This document shows, piece after piece, positions 14,089-27,147 of a stretch of DNA of 64,000 nucleotides; positions within the stretch are counted from its first letter, which is position 1; each line of letters starts with the position of its first letter. The DNA comes from Octopus vulgaris (taxonomy: Eukaryota): the NCBI GenBank assembly GCA_951406725.2, contig OX597817.1, positions 151,838,001-151,902,000 of the forward strand, given 5' to 3'. The notes beneath the pieces are model-generated. The model saw only the letters and a list, made by a program, of their open reading frames with translations. It did not search any database and was not told where the DNA came from. A program made the position numbers and the translations under genes.

Positions 14089-14135
<47 letters not shown>

Positions 14136-14794
14136 GGATGTATTTGTAAGGAAGGATGCTGTCATTCAGCTTTTGTGTATTCTCTGGCCACCATACAATA
14201 CACTAATCAATAGCTCAAGAGTACAAAGAATTATATTTACATATACACACACATGTGGAAAAGGACACTAGCCATCATCATCATCATCCTCCCCCTATCA
14301 TCATCCTAGCATTTCATTAAACACTTGTTTTGTTTAATTGTTTTTCTACTTGCATTACCTCAAGTTTTTCTAAATCTTGAAGTGTAATAAGTAGTGTGGA
14401 TACAGGCATGGTATAGTTGGGTGTTTAAACTGCTCCCCATCCAACTGCACAGTCCCAGGTTTGATTTCATTCTTTGTTGTTGATGCCATGTTTACCCTAA
14501 AAATACTTTTTAAAAAATAAAAAAATTCTTCCATAGTTTCACCGCTATTGTTTACATTGGCAAGTTGTTTCTATGTAACCATAGCTATTCGTGGATATGA
14601 AGAGTAAACACATGGGGTTCTAAGGATACATTGGCTGGTAGTCCTGTCTACTTATGACTTTGATCTCTAGTTTAGTATATACAGTGTATTTATTTAAGGA
14701 AAAGTACTTTTTGAATATAAAAGTCCTTTATATTCAAGGGTTAAAGTTTTCCAAAATTCTGATTGCATTGTTTAATTCAATTCAAATCTGATTT

Positions 14795-15105
14795 ATGATT
14801 GTTGTTTGTTCCTTCTCGAGCCATGCCTGGCTCATAAGGGCCAGTTTCCCGGTTTCGTTGGCATATAGGCTCCCTGCTTGGATGGGATACCAGTCTGTCG
14901 CAGATGAGCTACTAGATGCAGGAGGAAAGGGTGAGAGAAGGTTGTGGTGAAAGAGTCAGCAGATGTTTGCTATTACCTTCTGCTGGGGCCACATGGAGCT
15001 TAGGTATTTCACTCATAAATACAGACAGCGCCTGGTCTGAAATTGAAACCCATGATCCTTCAACTGCGAGTCCTCTGCTCTAACCACTAGGCTATGTGCC
15101 TCCAC
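14795..15105 (-). mobile_element. tRNA-derived SINE (family also at 63650-64000)
   Basis: tagcctagtggttagagc head; shares ctctttcaccacaac(c/t)ttctctcac and taagctcca with the 63650-64000 copy. Confidence 0.65.
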
Positions 15106-15147
15106 TGATTTATGATTAGCGAAGATTAAATAATATATATATATATA

Positions 15148-15510
15148 TAGGCACAGGAGTGGCTGTGTGGTAAGTACCTTGCTTACCAACCACATGGTCC
15201 CGGGTTCAGTTCCCACTGCATGACACCTTTGGGCAAGTGTCTTCTACTATAACCTCTGGCTGACCAAAGACTTGTGAGTGGAATTGGTAGACGGAAACTG
15301 AAAGATACTCATCGTATATATATGTATGTATATATGTATTTGTGTCTCTGTGTTTGTCCCCACCCTTGACAACTGATGTTGATGTTTACGTTCCCGTAAC
15401 GTAGCAGTTCGGTAAAAGAGTCTGAATGAATAAGTACAAGGCTTACAAAGAATAAATCCTTGGGTCGATTTGCTTGACTAAAGGTGGTGCTCAAGCATGG
15501 CTGCAGTCAT
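15148..15510 (+). mobile_element. SINE-A (intronic)
   Basis: Same structure. Confidence 0.85.
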
Positions 15511-15606
15511 ACAATAGTTTTTTTTCTTCTTTTTTTATATGATTTCAGTGAAATAAATTCAAATTTTATGATGTCTAATTATTCCTCTGTTATCGTTTTG
15601 TCATAG

Positions 15607-15745
15607 CTTGCTTATCCAGAATCATATCCCTGCTTCACTCCTTCATCTGGAGAAAGAGCACTGCTCGTAAAAAATCACACAGGTGATTGGGCTATTATTA
15701 TTGGAAAATGGGCCGGTTTAAAGAAAGGTGTACCAGGTATTCCAG
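15607..15745 (+). CDS. Internal exon of GRDP/DUF1399-like gene
   Basis: TCATAG acceptor, CAG|GTGAGT donor; translates LAYPESYPCFTPSSGERALLVKNHTGDWAIIIGKWAGLKKGVPGIP; phase 0 in, phase 1 out, consistent with both neighbours; not in the ORF track. Confidence 0.85.
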
Positions 15746-15894
15746 GTGAGTGCATTTTTCATTTGTCCAATCTTGTTATTGTTGTTGATTATCGTATAGA
15801 TCAGGTCTGATTGAAAAACAGATCTATAACTAAAGGCCTTCCAACCATGACCACTCTGGTTGGCTTTTTCATTTCCTTATTTTTTTTTACAAAG

Positions 15895-16166
15895 TGCAGG
15901 CATGGCTGTGTGGTAAGAAGTTTGCTTCTTAACCATATGGTTCTGGGTTCAGTCACACTGCATGGCACCTTCGGCAAGTGTCTTCTACTAAAGCCTTGTA
16001 AGTGGATTTGGTTGACAGAAACTGGAAGAAGACCCTTGTGTGTGTGTGTGTCTGTCTGTCCACCTCCACTGCTTGAGAACCAGTGTCAGTGTGTTTACAT
16101 CCTTGTCGTATATATGTGTGTGTATGTATATATATGTATATATATATATATATATATATGTGTATG

Positions 16167-16233
<67 letters not shown>

Positions 16234-16249
16234 GTGTGTGTGTGTGTGT

Positions 16250-16298
<49 letters not shown>

Positions 16299-16515
16299 CA
16301 TGTGTGTGTATGATTGTGTGTCTGTGTTTGTCTCCCTAACATCGCTTGACAACCGATGCTGGTGTGTTTACATCCCCTGTAACTTAGCGGTTTGGCAAAA
16401 TAGACCAATAGAATAAGTACTAGGCTTACAAAGAATAAGTCCTGGGGTCGATTTGCTCGACTAAAGGCGGTGCTCCAGCATGACCACAGTCAAATGACTG
16501 AAACAAGTAAAAGAC
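15895..16515 (+). mobile_element. SINE-A with expanded (TG)n (intronic)
   Basis: Head and tail of family A around a ~220-bp TG/TA microsatellite. Confidence 0.8.
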
Positions 16516-17360
16516 TATGTTAGGGCACTGCCTTCAAAGGAAATTTCTAATTGATTCCCAGGACCCCCATCTGAAGGTTGTATGGCCTAGTAGTCAGGAT
16601 ATTTGACTCACAATCTTTAGGGCATTGTTCCAATTATTTCAATTCCAATTCCAGGATGCACATGTTCTTGAACAAAACATATTCTTGAGCAAAACAGCTC
16701 ATATTGTTTCAGCCCACTAAACTGTAAATATGTACCAGCATCATCTGGGAGTAAATCCTGCAAAATACTAGCCCCTTTTTACAGTGGAAGTATTGTAATC
16801 CCAGTTATTTGTTCGCCAGGGAAACAAGGTGAAGTTCTAGCTTAACAAGGCTGTAGGATTGTGACTTTGATATGGACCACAATTTTTCACCTTTTATTTA
16901 TTTTATTGATCTCTATTCACATGATGATATCACAATCCCTGTCAACTAATCCTCTTTGAAGATATGTGCAATGAGAGATCACTCACATGGAAAACAAGTA
17001 AGAGTTAGGCATCCATCCAGCTGTGAAACAAAGCCTCAGTTCAATAACGTATTCATCCGATTCATGCTAGCTTGGAAATACAGACTTAAAAACAAGTGAA
17101 TATATACCACAAAGAAGTCAGTGAGCTGGTAGAATTGTTAGCAGACAGAGCAAAATGCTAAGCAGCATTTCAGCCATCTGAGTTCATATTCTGCCATGGT
17201 CAACTTGGCCTTTCATCCTTTTGGGATCCATAAAATAAGTTCCAGATGAGCATTGAGGTCAATGTAATCAACTTAGCCCCTCTCGCTGAAATAGTTGACA
17301 CTGATCCAAAATTTAAAACCAAAATATACCACCAAGAGTTTTTGTTCAATACACATATAT

Positions 17361-17796
17361 AGGCGCAGGAGTGGCTGTGTGGTAAGTATAGGTGCAGGAG
17401 TGGCTGTGAGGTAAGTAGCTTGCTTACCAACCACACGGTTCCTGGTTCAGTCCCACTGCGTGGCACCTTGGGCAAGTGTGTTCTACTATAGCCCCAGGCC
17501 AACCAAAGACTTGTGAGTGTATTTGGTAGACGGAAATTGAAAGAAGCCCATCATATATATGTATATATATATATATGCGTGTATATGTTGGTGTGTCTGT
17601 GTTTGTCCCCCCAACATCGCTTGACAACTCATGCAGGTGTGCTTAGATCTTGTAACTTAGCAGTTCAGCAAAAGAGACCAATAGAATTCGTACTAGGCTG
17701 ACAAAGAATAAGTCCTGGAGTCAACTTGCTCGACTAAAGGCAGTGCTCCAGCATGGCAACAGTCAAATGACTGAAACAAGTAAAAGAGTAAAAGAA
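17361..17796 (+). mobile_element. SINE-A with duplicated 5' 30 bp
   Basis: aggcgcaggagtggctgtgtggtaagta occurs twice in tandem, then the full body. Confidence 0.85.
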
Positions 17797-17874
17797 TATT
17801 TCTATCAGCAATCTTTCACATTATATTGTAAGCTAAAATACAGTTGACCATATTATAAGCTTTCATATTATATA

Positions 17875-18421
17875 CTAGCACTATGACCCAGCGTTGCCAG
17901 GTCCAGTGCTAGTCAAGCATATTTGGGCTTTCATGAAAATCCCGCTCTCTTGTCATTCACTTGGTCTAACTCGTTAATTATTCCCTGCATTTCTGAAATC
18001 AAAAAAGCGTGCACGTTTGAAAACCAAAACACATGATAACGTGTCTTCGCAAAACACAAAAATGCACTGAGTCATACAGACTGTCTGCAAATGCACACGC
18101 GCATCCAACTGTCAAGGGTAGAATTATCTCCATTCAATCAAAAAACAGCTGGCAGTCTATTGGTGTATCTAGCTGTACGCATGCACCGTGTAGAAATTTC
18201 TATGTTTTAGCGATTTTGAATGGATATGCCCATAACTTATGGACATAAGGGATCGGTTTATCGATTTTTAATGGCTTTCTGGGTTGGCTGGGGAAATGAA
18301 AAGACCTTTACGTCCACTTTCAGACAGTTTTGAAAGCCCATAGAAAATGCGAGCCTTTTACGTGAAAAACTGGATTTGTATAAAGGACACACAGACATTT
18401 TGCCGTTTATAGATATAGAGA
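17875..18421 (+). mobile_element. Non-autonomous Helitron/Helentron-like element
   Basis: Begins actagcactatgacccagcgttgcc and ends acacacagacattttgccgtttatagatatagag, a terminal pattern typical of HINE/DINE-like elements; no TSD. Confidence 0.5.
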
Positions 18422-18828
18422 TTATAAACGTTGTTGCTTCCCCTCGTTCCCTCCCCCTCTGTATACCCAGACTCTCACCAGTCACCATATTCCCCCAACT
18501 CCTGACACATGACTCTTTGGCGATACCCTGTCAGCACCTGCCACCATCTCTCTCTTCCTTACTCTACCATCCCATCTATGTCCTGATCCCCATTCCTTGC
18601 AAGTATACTCTGGCACTTGCCACCATCCCTCTCCTGATCTTGCTGTCTCCTACTCTCTCTTTCTCTCTTTCCCTTGCTCTCCCCTCTAGCTGAGTAATCA
18701 TGTATCTCCTCTGCAGCAACAAACCTATTTCTACCCTCCTTCTTGATCGCTCTCTCTCCCTCCTTTCCTTGCCCATACCTCTGGCTAAGTAATCATGAGT
18801 CTTCTTTACAGCAGCACACCTCTTTCTT

Positions 18829-19046
18829 ATTTCTTTACTGCCCACAAGGGGTTACACACAGAAGGGACAAACAAGGACAGACAAACAAATTAAGTCGATT
18901 ATTTCGACTCCAGTGCATAACTGGTACTTATTTAATTGACCCCAAAATAATGAAAGACAAAGTTGACCACGGTGGAATTTGAACTCAGAATGTAGCGGCA
19001 GACGAAATACCGTTAAGCAATTCGCCCGGTATGCAAACGTTTCTGC
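18829..19046 (-). mobile_element. SINE-B, LINE-tailed variant
   Basis: Same core and tail; 12-bp TSD cacctctttctt (18817-18828, 19047-19058). Confidence 0.85.
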
Positions 19047-19224
19047 CACCTCTTTCTTGTTAACCCCCACTCTCTCTCTAGGTATCTATTTCTGCCCTCA
19101 TTCTTATTAATTCTCACTCTCTTTCTCTTCCTTTCTCTCTGGTTGGGTAACCATGGACCTCCACTGCAGCAAAATATTTATTTCTGCCTTTCTGTCACAC
19201 TCAAATATTTCATCATCTGACTCA

Positions 19225-19920
19225 AGATCACATCCCCTTCAATGACTCATTGTCTTGTAAAGTCACTTGGTGACCCCTGCCAATGCAGGTGCCACTTAAA
19301 AAGCAACATCCAGTCCACACTGTAAAGTGATTGGCATTTGGAAGGGCATCCAGCTGTTAAAAACCATGCCAAAACTGACCTTGCCTGTGCTGGTGCCACA
19401 TAAAAAGCACTCAGCCCATGCTGTGGAGTGGTTGGTGTAAGGAAGGGCACCCAGCCATAAAACCATGCCAAAACAGACACATAAGCATAGTGCAGGCTCC
19501 AGCCTGGCCAGTTCCTGTCAATCCATCCAACCCATACCAGCATAGAAGGAGGACGTTAAATGATGATGATTGTATGATGCATAAAGTTGTGCCGATGCCA
19601 GTGCCGCCTCGACTGGCTTCTGTGCCAATGGCACATAAAAAGCACCATCCGAGCGTGGCCAATGCCAGCGCCGCCTTAACTGGCTTCTGTGCCAGTGGCA
19701 CGTTAAAAGCACCAGCTGATCGTGGCCGCTGCCAGACTCCCCTGGCACGTAAAAAGCACCCACTACACTCGTGGCATGGTTGGTGTTAGGAAGGGCAACC
19801 AGCTGTAGAAACACTGCCAGATCAGACTGGAGCCTGGTGCAGACTCCTGGCTTCCCAGACCCCGGGCGAACCGTCCAACCCATGCTAGCGCAGAAAACGG
19901 ATGTTAAACGATGATGATGA
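19225..19920 (+). mobile_element. RTE-type 3' end repeats (two stacked copies); same family at 4718-4902(-), 8772-8990(+), 10117-10183(+), 13020-13180(-), 43010-43583(+), 44143-44402(-), 45923-46200(-), 48204-48400(-)
   Basis: aggaagggcatccagctgtagaaa and ccaacccatgctagcatggaaagcggacgttaaacg(atg)n termini shared with the 11865-13000 RTE. Confidence 0.75.
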
Positions 19921-20246
19921 TTTTATATATTATATTATAAAGCCAGTCAAACATTATATTACAAATTTATATATTACATATTATATTACAACATTATACA
20001 ATAAACTAAAGTACTGCCAAACATTATAGCATGAATTATTAATTTGATTAGCTTTGAAGATCAAATAGTTTCATCAGAACAGAATATTACTTGCTCTTTG
20101 GTGGCATATAATTACTAATATTTAACAGTTAATGGAAGAAATTTGTATCAAATTCTTTTTTATCACTTATTTCTCTTTTCTTTTCAAGTGTTTATTAGTC
20201 TGGTGTTTCCTTTGCTTATATATATATATTCTTTTTTTCCTTTTAG

Positions 20247-20839
20247 GTACAAGGACGACCAAAGGAGTTAAAGGTGTCAAAGGAAGCCCTGGACATTTGG
20301 CAGTCAGCATTTTTTATCTTCATAAAAAGTCCATTAAAAAATTCAGCATACCTTACGAGAGAAAGAACTATGAACTGAACATTTATCCACTACTGGCCAA
20401 TCTCTTTAGTGGACATATTAACATCAAGTTAGATGACAAGCTTGAGGTAGCCGAGCACATCGCTGTGGCCTTTGCAGTCGGATTGCTTCATGTCCTCTGT
20501 CAACCTCACCCGAAAGGATGGAACCCTCAACTTGCTGCAGTATCTTCACAAAACTCAGCGAAAATTTCACAGGAATTCGTGCCTTCTGAAAACATGGTTT
20601 TGGTTCAAGCTGGTGGTTATCATGTAGACACACCTTCAAACTATTATTACTCTCAGAACAATGTGTCTTGTATGTCAGCTGGCTGTGGATGTGGAGATCT
20701 TGGAATTAGCGACCTTGGCTGCATTGATGGATCAGGCGGTTGTGGTGGGTGTGGTGGATGTGGCGGTTGTGGTGGGTGTGGGGGCTGTGGAGGCTGTGGT
20801 GGTGGTTGTGGTGGTGGCTGTGGAGGATGTGGGGGGTGA
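20247..20839 (+). CDS. Terminal exon of glycine-rich domain-containing (GRDP/DUF1399-like) protein with Gly/Cys tail
   Basis: TTTTAG acceptor, phase 1 joins the previous exon (G|GT); AVAFAVGLLHVLCQP helix and C-terminal GGC repeats resemble GRDP-family C-termini; TGA at 20837-20839; the three exons give about 293 aa. Confidence 0.8.
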
Positions 20840-22689
20840 ACGGTGTAAAGCATGCTTATCACTTACAATCAGAACATCACATAAATATGTCAACACATAT
20901 GTACACACACATACACACTTTCACGTATATAGAAGTATATACACAATATGTGTGAAGAGCATTATGTTATTTACATTTTCCTATATGTACGTTTTGGTGA
21001 ATGTACGCGTGATCTAGGAATCTCATATCTCTATGAATGGACTTATGTTTACATACGCACAACACGCACGCACACACACACACACACACACATATGAGGA
21101 TGAATGATCGATTTAGTTAACAATGAAGTTTGTAAATGCCAATAACAACATATTTCCAAAATTCCACTTAAGATTTATTCTGAGATCATGCAATCCTGAA
21201 ATACTTATATTTTGTTAGTTTACCGTTTACCATCTTCTAGGTATTTATTTCCAAACAGCAGTAAAGTCTCTGCAATGTCTTTTCATTTTTACTGTAGTGA
21301 TTCTACCTAAGAAATGAATGCAAAGAAACCATCCAACGTTTCTGCATAACACTTGTGACATTCACTCTAAAGTGCAATTATGATAATTAGCATTAAAGAG
21401 CATAAAGGTTAAAAATAGAATTATTTTTGCTAAAGTTTTTCATGTTTGCTCACTGAGTCATTAAGGAGATGATATATTTGATCGTTAAATTGTTGTTGTT
21501 GTTAAGGTCCATTTCAGCTCTGCTTGAGCAAACCTATGATCAAAGGCATTCCAACTATGACATCCTGTCTTTTTATATATACTGTATTGCACACTATGTA
21601 TCCTTCTCTATGTAAAGCTGTGAGATAAGATGTGATTCAAGAGAGATTTCACTGCTATTTCTAAAATGTCAAGCAGCATTGTAGAGGCTCATTTACTTGT
21701 TAGGTTGTTATTGTTGTCATCATCATGAATATTGCAGCAACCACTGGCCTTATTTGTCTTTTCCTTTCAATTATTAAAATATATATCAATGTTTCTAATT
21801 AGATGTTAGTGTAAGCAGACAAAAACAGGTATGATTTGATGTTTTATTGGGAATAACTTTTTCAATCATATAGGATGTCACAGGATCTATAATGCTATTA
21901 TTTTTGCGTAAGAAGATCATATTGCATTTGGAGTTACAGAAGGTCTTCATGGCCTTTGTAGTTATGTGCCTTGTGGGAATGGATTAGCTTTAAATTGTCA
22001 TTAAGACACTTTTTGTACCACCCTTAAAGTCTGCAATTCTCATCCAAACAGCTGATAGCTCCTCACTTATGCCTTATTCTTCCCAAAGTTTAAAACTAAG
22101 GCTGTTCATGGGGCCTATCTGTAAGTGACTTTGAATGAAAATTGGATTCTTTTTCTTCTTCTTTATAGTTTAGTCTCTTTTGAAGTAAGGATCATCATTG
22201 TTTAACTTCTACTTTCCATGCTAGCATGGGTTGGACTCCCATCTTTGGTGAAATTCATGGATGCATAGCTCTTAAGTGTTGAAGTTGATGTGGAGAAAAG
22301 ATTATATGTAGGTAATGTAGATGCATTCATTTCTGGTAAGTTTTAACTACACTCATAAACCCTTCTCATTCAACAAAAAGATAGGACTTAATCTATTTAT
22401 TGAAATGTCAAAATGTTTTTCTGGTTGTCTGAGACAGCTTCGTCCTTTTTGACTGAATAATTAACAACCAACTCATATCTGCTTCTGGCTGAGGCATCCA
22501 TGGATGGTCTGTTGTTTGTTCTTTTTGTATTAAAAATGTACAAAATAAGGGCTTTGCTCACCACCTTTGCAGTCATCTTGTCCTCCATAAAAGTGAAACT
22601 GAAGCAGCCAGTCTCCAGTTTGAATAGTTGTTGGTAAATAGCTGCAGGGAAAATATGGGTGAGGAGGGAACCATAATTTACATACTTTG

Positions 22690-22886
22690 CAGTGAGCTGG
22701 CAGAATCGTTAGCTAATTGGATGAAATACTTAGAGGCATTTCTTTCAGCTCTTTACATTCTTAATTCAAATGAGGTCTGATCTGCCTTTCATCCTTTTTG
22801 TGGGTTTGATTAAATAAGTACTAGAATTAATTACATTACGTGCCCTCTCCTCTGAAATGACTGGCCTTGTGCCATAATTAGAAAGA

Positions 22887-22925
<39 letters not shown>

Positions 22926-23110
22926 GCAAGCTGGCAGAGTTGTTATACTTTAACGGCATTTCATCCATCTTTACATTCTGAGTATAAATTCCACTGGGGT
23001 AGACTTTACCTTTCATCCTTTCAGAATCAATAGCACTAGAGTCGATGTATTCAACTTACCCCATACCCTAAAATTGCTGGCTTTGTGCCAAAATTTGAAA
23101 CCATTATTAT
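22690..23110 (+). mobile_element. Two older SINE-B copies with the other tail (ggccttgtgcc...gaaa + (TTA)n); similar old copies near 17120-17320, 36860-37030, 52905-53090, 53450-53660 and 54115-55130
   Basis: gagctggcagaatcgttagc head, gcctttcatcc core, tail lacking the cccttgtggg motif. Confidence 0.65.
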
Positions 23111-23419
23111 TATCATCATTATCATTATACTAGTGCATGCTAATTTAGTCAGTAGGTATTTTGTCTAAATCTCAAGAATCTTCCTTAGGTTTCTTGCAGA
23201 ATATAGGATTATAATTATTATTAAAGAATAGCAGATTCAATAGAGTGTTGAACAAAATGCCTTGCAGTATTAGTTTATATCCTTTCATATTGTAAGTTCA
23301 TCCCTCTAGTATCAATAAAATGTGTACTGGTAATATTCTGAGAGACTATTCAATCAAGTACTGATATATGTTAACACACGTTATAAACCATAAAAATAGC
23401 CTAACAGATCCACAATCCT

Positions 23420-24000
23420 TCATATATATATATATATTCTGAAATATATTTATAAATATATGTATAAATATTTATATATATAAATATATGTATATATATT
23501 TATATATATAAATATATGTATATATATTCATATATATAAATATATGAATAAATATTTATATATATATAAATATATGAATAAATATTTATATATATATAAA
23601 TATATGTATAAATATTTATATTTATATAAATATTTATATATATATATAAATATTTCGTTTTGGGATTTGGTTTGCAAGATTCTTTATGTGAGTTCATGTG
23701 TTGAAGCATATTCTGTTGTGTCTGGGGAGAGACATTTTCTTTTTGTACCTTATAGTCAAGTCTATTGAAAAGGTTGCAAGACGCAACGAAAATTTTAGGA
23801 AAATAAAATTAAGAAATAAGTGGAAATTTTGCCGGTGAGTGTGTTAAATTATAAGGCACAAAAAGAAAATGACTCTCCCCAGACACAACAGAATATATAT
23901 AAATATATGTATAAATATTTATATATATATAAATATATGTATAAGTATTTATATATATAAAGATATATAAATCTATATATATATGTATTCTGAAATATAT
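23420..24000. repeat. AT-rich minisatellite with an embedded repeat fragment forming a ~47-bp inverted repeat (23708-23754 / 23850-23896)
   Basis: ataaatatttatatatat units; atattctgttgtgtctggggagag...cttata is mirrored by tataaggc...ctctccccagacacaacagaatat. Confidence 0.8.
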
Positions 24001-24573
24001 TTACAAATGTAAGCATATTTATATTTACAGGTTATTTATACATCATATCTGTTATTAAGAATTTCATAGTTCCTTCTCAAATTACTCTCACATTCCAGGA
24101 GTAATTAGTAGTCAGGTTGTCTGTGAGAGATTTTATTCTTTTGCACGTTCTTGTTTTCACTGTTCCTAAGGTGTTACAGTTCTTGAATTCATTGCTTTAT
24201 ACAATTTAATCTCTCCCTCTTTCTCCCCTCCTCCTCCTCCTGCTCCCCTTAATTGTTGTTCCTCTCTATTCCACATAACATTACCTGAAAGGTTCTTTAT
24301 ACTGCCTTTGCTATCACAACATCAAGCAAATTTACAACATTTTGTCCATGGCATCATTATCATTATGGCATTTCAAAGAAAGGCAACATTTTCTTCAAGA
24401 CATTTAATGCCAGTGGAGAGCTTTGTGTGCTTTATAAGTTCAAGTGTAAATGTTCGGCTGCCTTGTTGCTGTTGCCATTATTGCTGTTCAGCCCTAGGAC
24501 AGCTGTGATCAAATATAACAATGATCAAACACATTCTATCGTGACCATACAGTATATATATTTTTTTTTAGAT

Positions 24574-24969
24574 AAGCGTAGGAGTGGCTGTGTGATAAGT
24601 AGCTTGCTTACGAACCACACGGTTCTGGGTTCAGTCCCACTGCGTCTTCTACTATAGCCTCGAGTCAACCAAAGCCTTGTGAGTGGATCTGGTAGACAGA
24701 AACTGAAAGAAGCCCATTGTATATATGTGTGTGTGTGTGTATGTGTGTGTGTGTGTGTGTGTATGTTTGTGTGTCTGTGTTTGTCCCCCCAACATCGCTT
24801 GACAACCGATGCTAGTGTGCTTACGCCCCCATAACTTAGTGGTTCGGTAAAAGAGACCGATAGAATAAGTACTAGGCTTACAAAGAATAAGCACTGCGAT
24901 CAATTTGCTCGACTAAAGGCAGTGCTCCTGCATGGCCACAGTCAAATGCCTGAAACCAATAAAAGAGAT
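24574..24969 (+). mobile_element. SINE-A (small internal deletion)
   Basis: Same structure, lacks ggcaccttgggcaagt. Confidence 0.85.
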
Positions 24970-25782
24970 ATTCTATGTTATGGATAACACCTAGAAGAAG
25001 GTGTTTCTTTTCCACTCACCAAAGTGAATGGCGCTTTGACCAGATGGTATCCAATGACCAAGTGTTTTGACCCTGAAACATAACACTCCCCAATTAGTGG
25101 GCCAGCAGTTGGTGGCTTTCACCTTAACTCTTCTCTCTTGCTCCCTAACCAGCAAGAGGCTTTTCCTGTTGTCTCTCCCACCCTGCACACAACCACCCTT
25201 CACACGTTTCCTCTCATTCCAATTGCTATAAGCATCCTCCATTCTCCATTGCATATTTTTTTAATCAAATCTAGGGTATGATTTGAGGGACATTTAGTTG
25301 CCATGTCTAACGAGTTAAGCAACCATAGAGATGTTTCTCCTTTCCCATTGCCAGTTGTCCCCTTAGGCATTCAGTTCTAGTATGCACTGCACCTCCTGCA
25401 GCCCCATGATCTGTTGTCTCAATAAATTGCCTTTCCAAGTTACACTTAATCCATCACCTGGCTTGATTATCTAGTTCAGAGATGCCTTTATCAAGGTTTA
25501 TTCTGTTGTGGGCATTCAAAATAGGTTTCATGCCTGAAGGTAACTTCCTCCTTTCCTTCCACCAGTGTCGTAGACCCTGAAAAATCCACAAGCACTGCCC
25601 TTCCCCCTCTTACTAAGCAATAAAACTACATAAATAAAAGAGTGTTGGGATTGACTTGAAGCATTGCAGGATGTAAAAATAAAGATTTGTAAAATTTTTA
25701 AGAAATGTAGACAAAGCATTTATCAAAGCCTGTAAGATGATATCAATTTACAAAATAGTAAAAATATTGTATAACCTTACAT

Positions 25783-25954
25783 AGGTGTAGGAGTGGCTGT
25801 GTGATAAGTAGCTTGTTTACCAACCACATGGTTCCGGGTTCAGTCCCACTGCATGGCACCTTGGGTAAGTTTCTTCTACTATAGCCTCGGGCCAACCAAA
25901 GCCTTGTGAGTGGATTTGGTAGACGGAAACTGAAAAAAGCCCGTCGTATATATG

Positions 25955-25989
<35 letters not shown>

Positions 25990-26193
25990 GTATATATGTG
26001 TGTGTGTGGGGGGGCATATGTTTGTGTGTTTGTCCCCCCAACATCGCTTGACAACCAATGCTGGTGTGTTTACGTTGCCGTAACTTAGCGGTTTGGCAAA
26101 AGAGACCAATAGAATAAGTCCTGGGGGTCAATTTGCTCGACTAAAGGCGGTGCTCCAGCATAGCCACAGTCAAATGACTGTAACAAAGAGTAG
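25783..26193 (+). mobile_element. SINE-A
   Basis: Same structure. Confidence 0.85.
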
Positions 26194-26634
26194 AATAGAT
26201 TATTACATAATCCTGCAATATTTCAGGATAAATCTCCTTTTGAAATAAAAGAAAGGAAATAATCAAAGGATCTGGACAAAGGGGGAATTATCTTGAAGTA
26301 TGATGGAATTATTATTATTATTATTATACAACATATGAATGGTAATACAATAAGTACGGCATTTAGAGTCTCCTGGTGTTTGTTGGCTTGTCTTCTTGTT
26401 CTGTTTGCTGTTCAGGTATTCACTTGCATGTGGTACCTGGTTTTCATTCTTGGCTTTAACCATTCCATTTCACTGACGTTACTTATAATCTTGTAAGTAG
26501 TATATCCGCTGAAGCTTTCTTCCCCCTATGGAAATCAATATTCTCTGTAATTATCCTAACAAAGCTGGTATAAATATTATAAGGTATTTTGTCTTGCACT
26601 CCAATGCTTCTACCAATCTGCTATTACTACTATT

Positions 26635-26850
26635 ACTAATAATAAGTACTGCCCACATCCTTAGAAAAACCCTGTCCATTTAAATGTCTGTGTTGTATTA
26701 CATGAAGATATTTCACTACCCCCACTCCCAAAGCTTTCAGTCATATTGCAACATTTCTTATCCTTCGCTCACCCCAGGACGGTGGGTGTGTCTTGGCAAG
26801 TGACTGTAACAAAGATGCAGATTAAAAGTAAAAATAATAATAATAATGAT
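26635..26850 (+). mobile_element. Short 3' fragment of an R4/Dong-like LINE
   Basis: Encodes ...STAHILRKTLSI-stop followed by UTR and (TAA)n. Confidence 0.4.
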
Positions 26851-26931
26851 AAGTGATGATGATGATGATATTCATAACTTAAGTAGAAGGCCACAAATTT
26901 GTAAGAGGGATGGCAGAATAAGTTCGTTGAA

Positions 26932-27147
26932 AAAGGCGGAAAGCTGGCAGAAATGGCACACCGGGCAAAATGCTTAGCAGTATTTCGTCTGCCATTACAT
27001 TCTGAGTTCAAATTCCACCAAGGTCGACTTTGCCTTTCATCCTTTCGGGGTCGATAAATTAATTACCAGTTACGCACTGGGGTCAATGTAATCAACTTAA
27101 CCCCTTTGTCTGTCCTTGTTTGTCCCCTTGTGGGCAATAAAGAAATA
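26932..27147 (+). mobile_element. SINE-B, LINE-tailed variant
   Basis: Same head, core and tail; 17-bp TSD agaataagtt(c/t)gttgaa (26915-26931, 27148-27164). Confidence 0.85.

Noticed and set aside
20132-20246. N-terminal part of the 235-aa ORF as a signal or transmembrane segment
   Set aside because: It is the intron polypyrimidine tract; the exon starts at the AG acceptor at 20247
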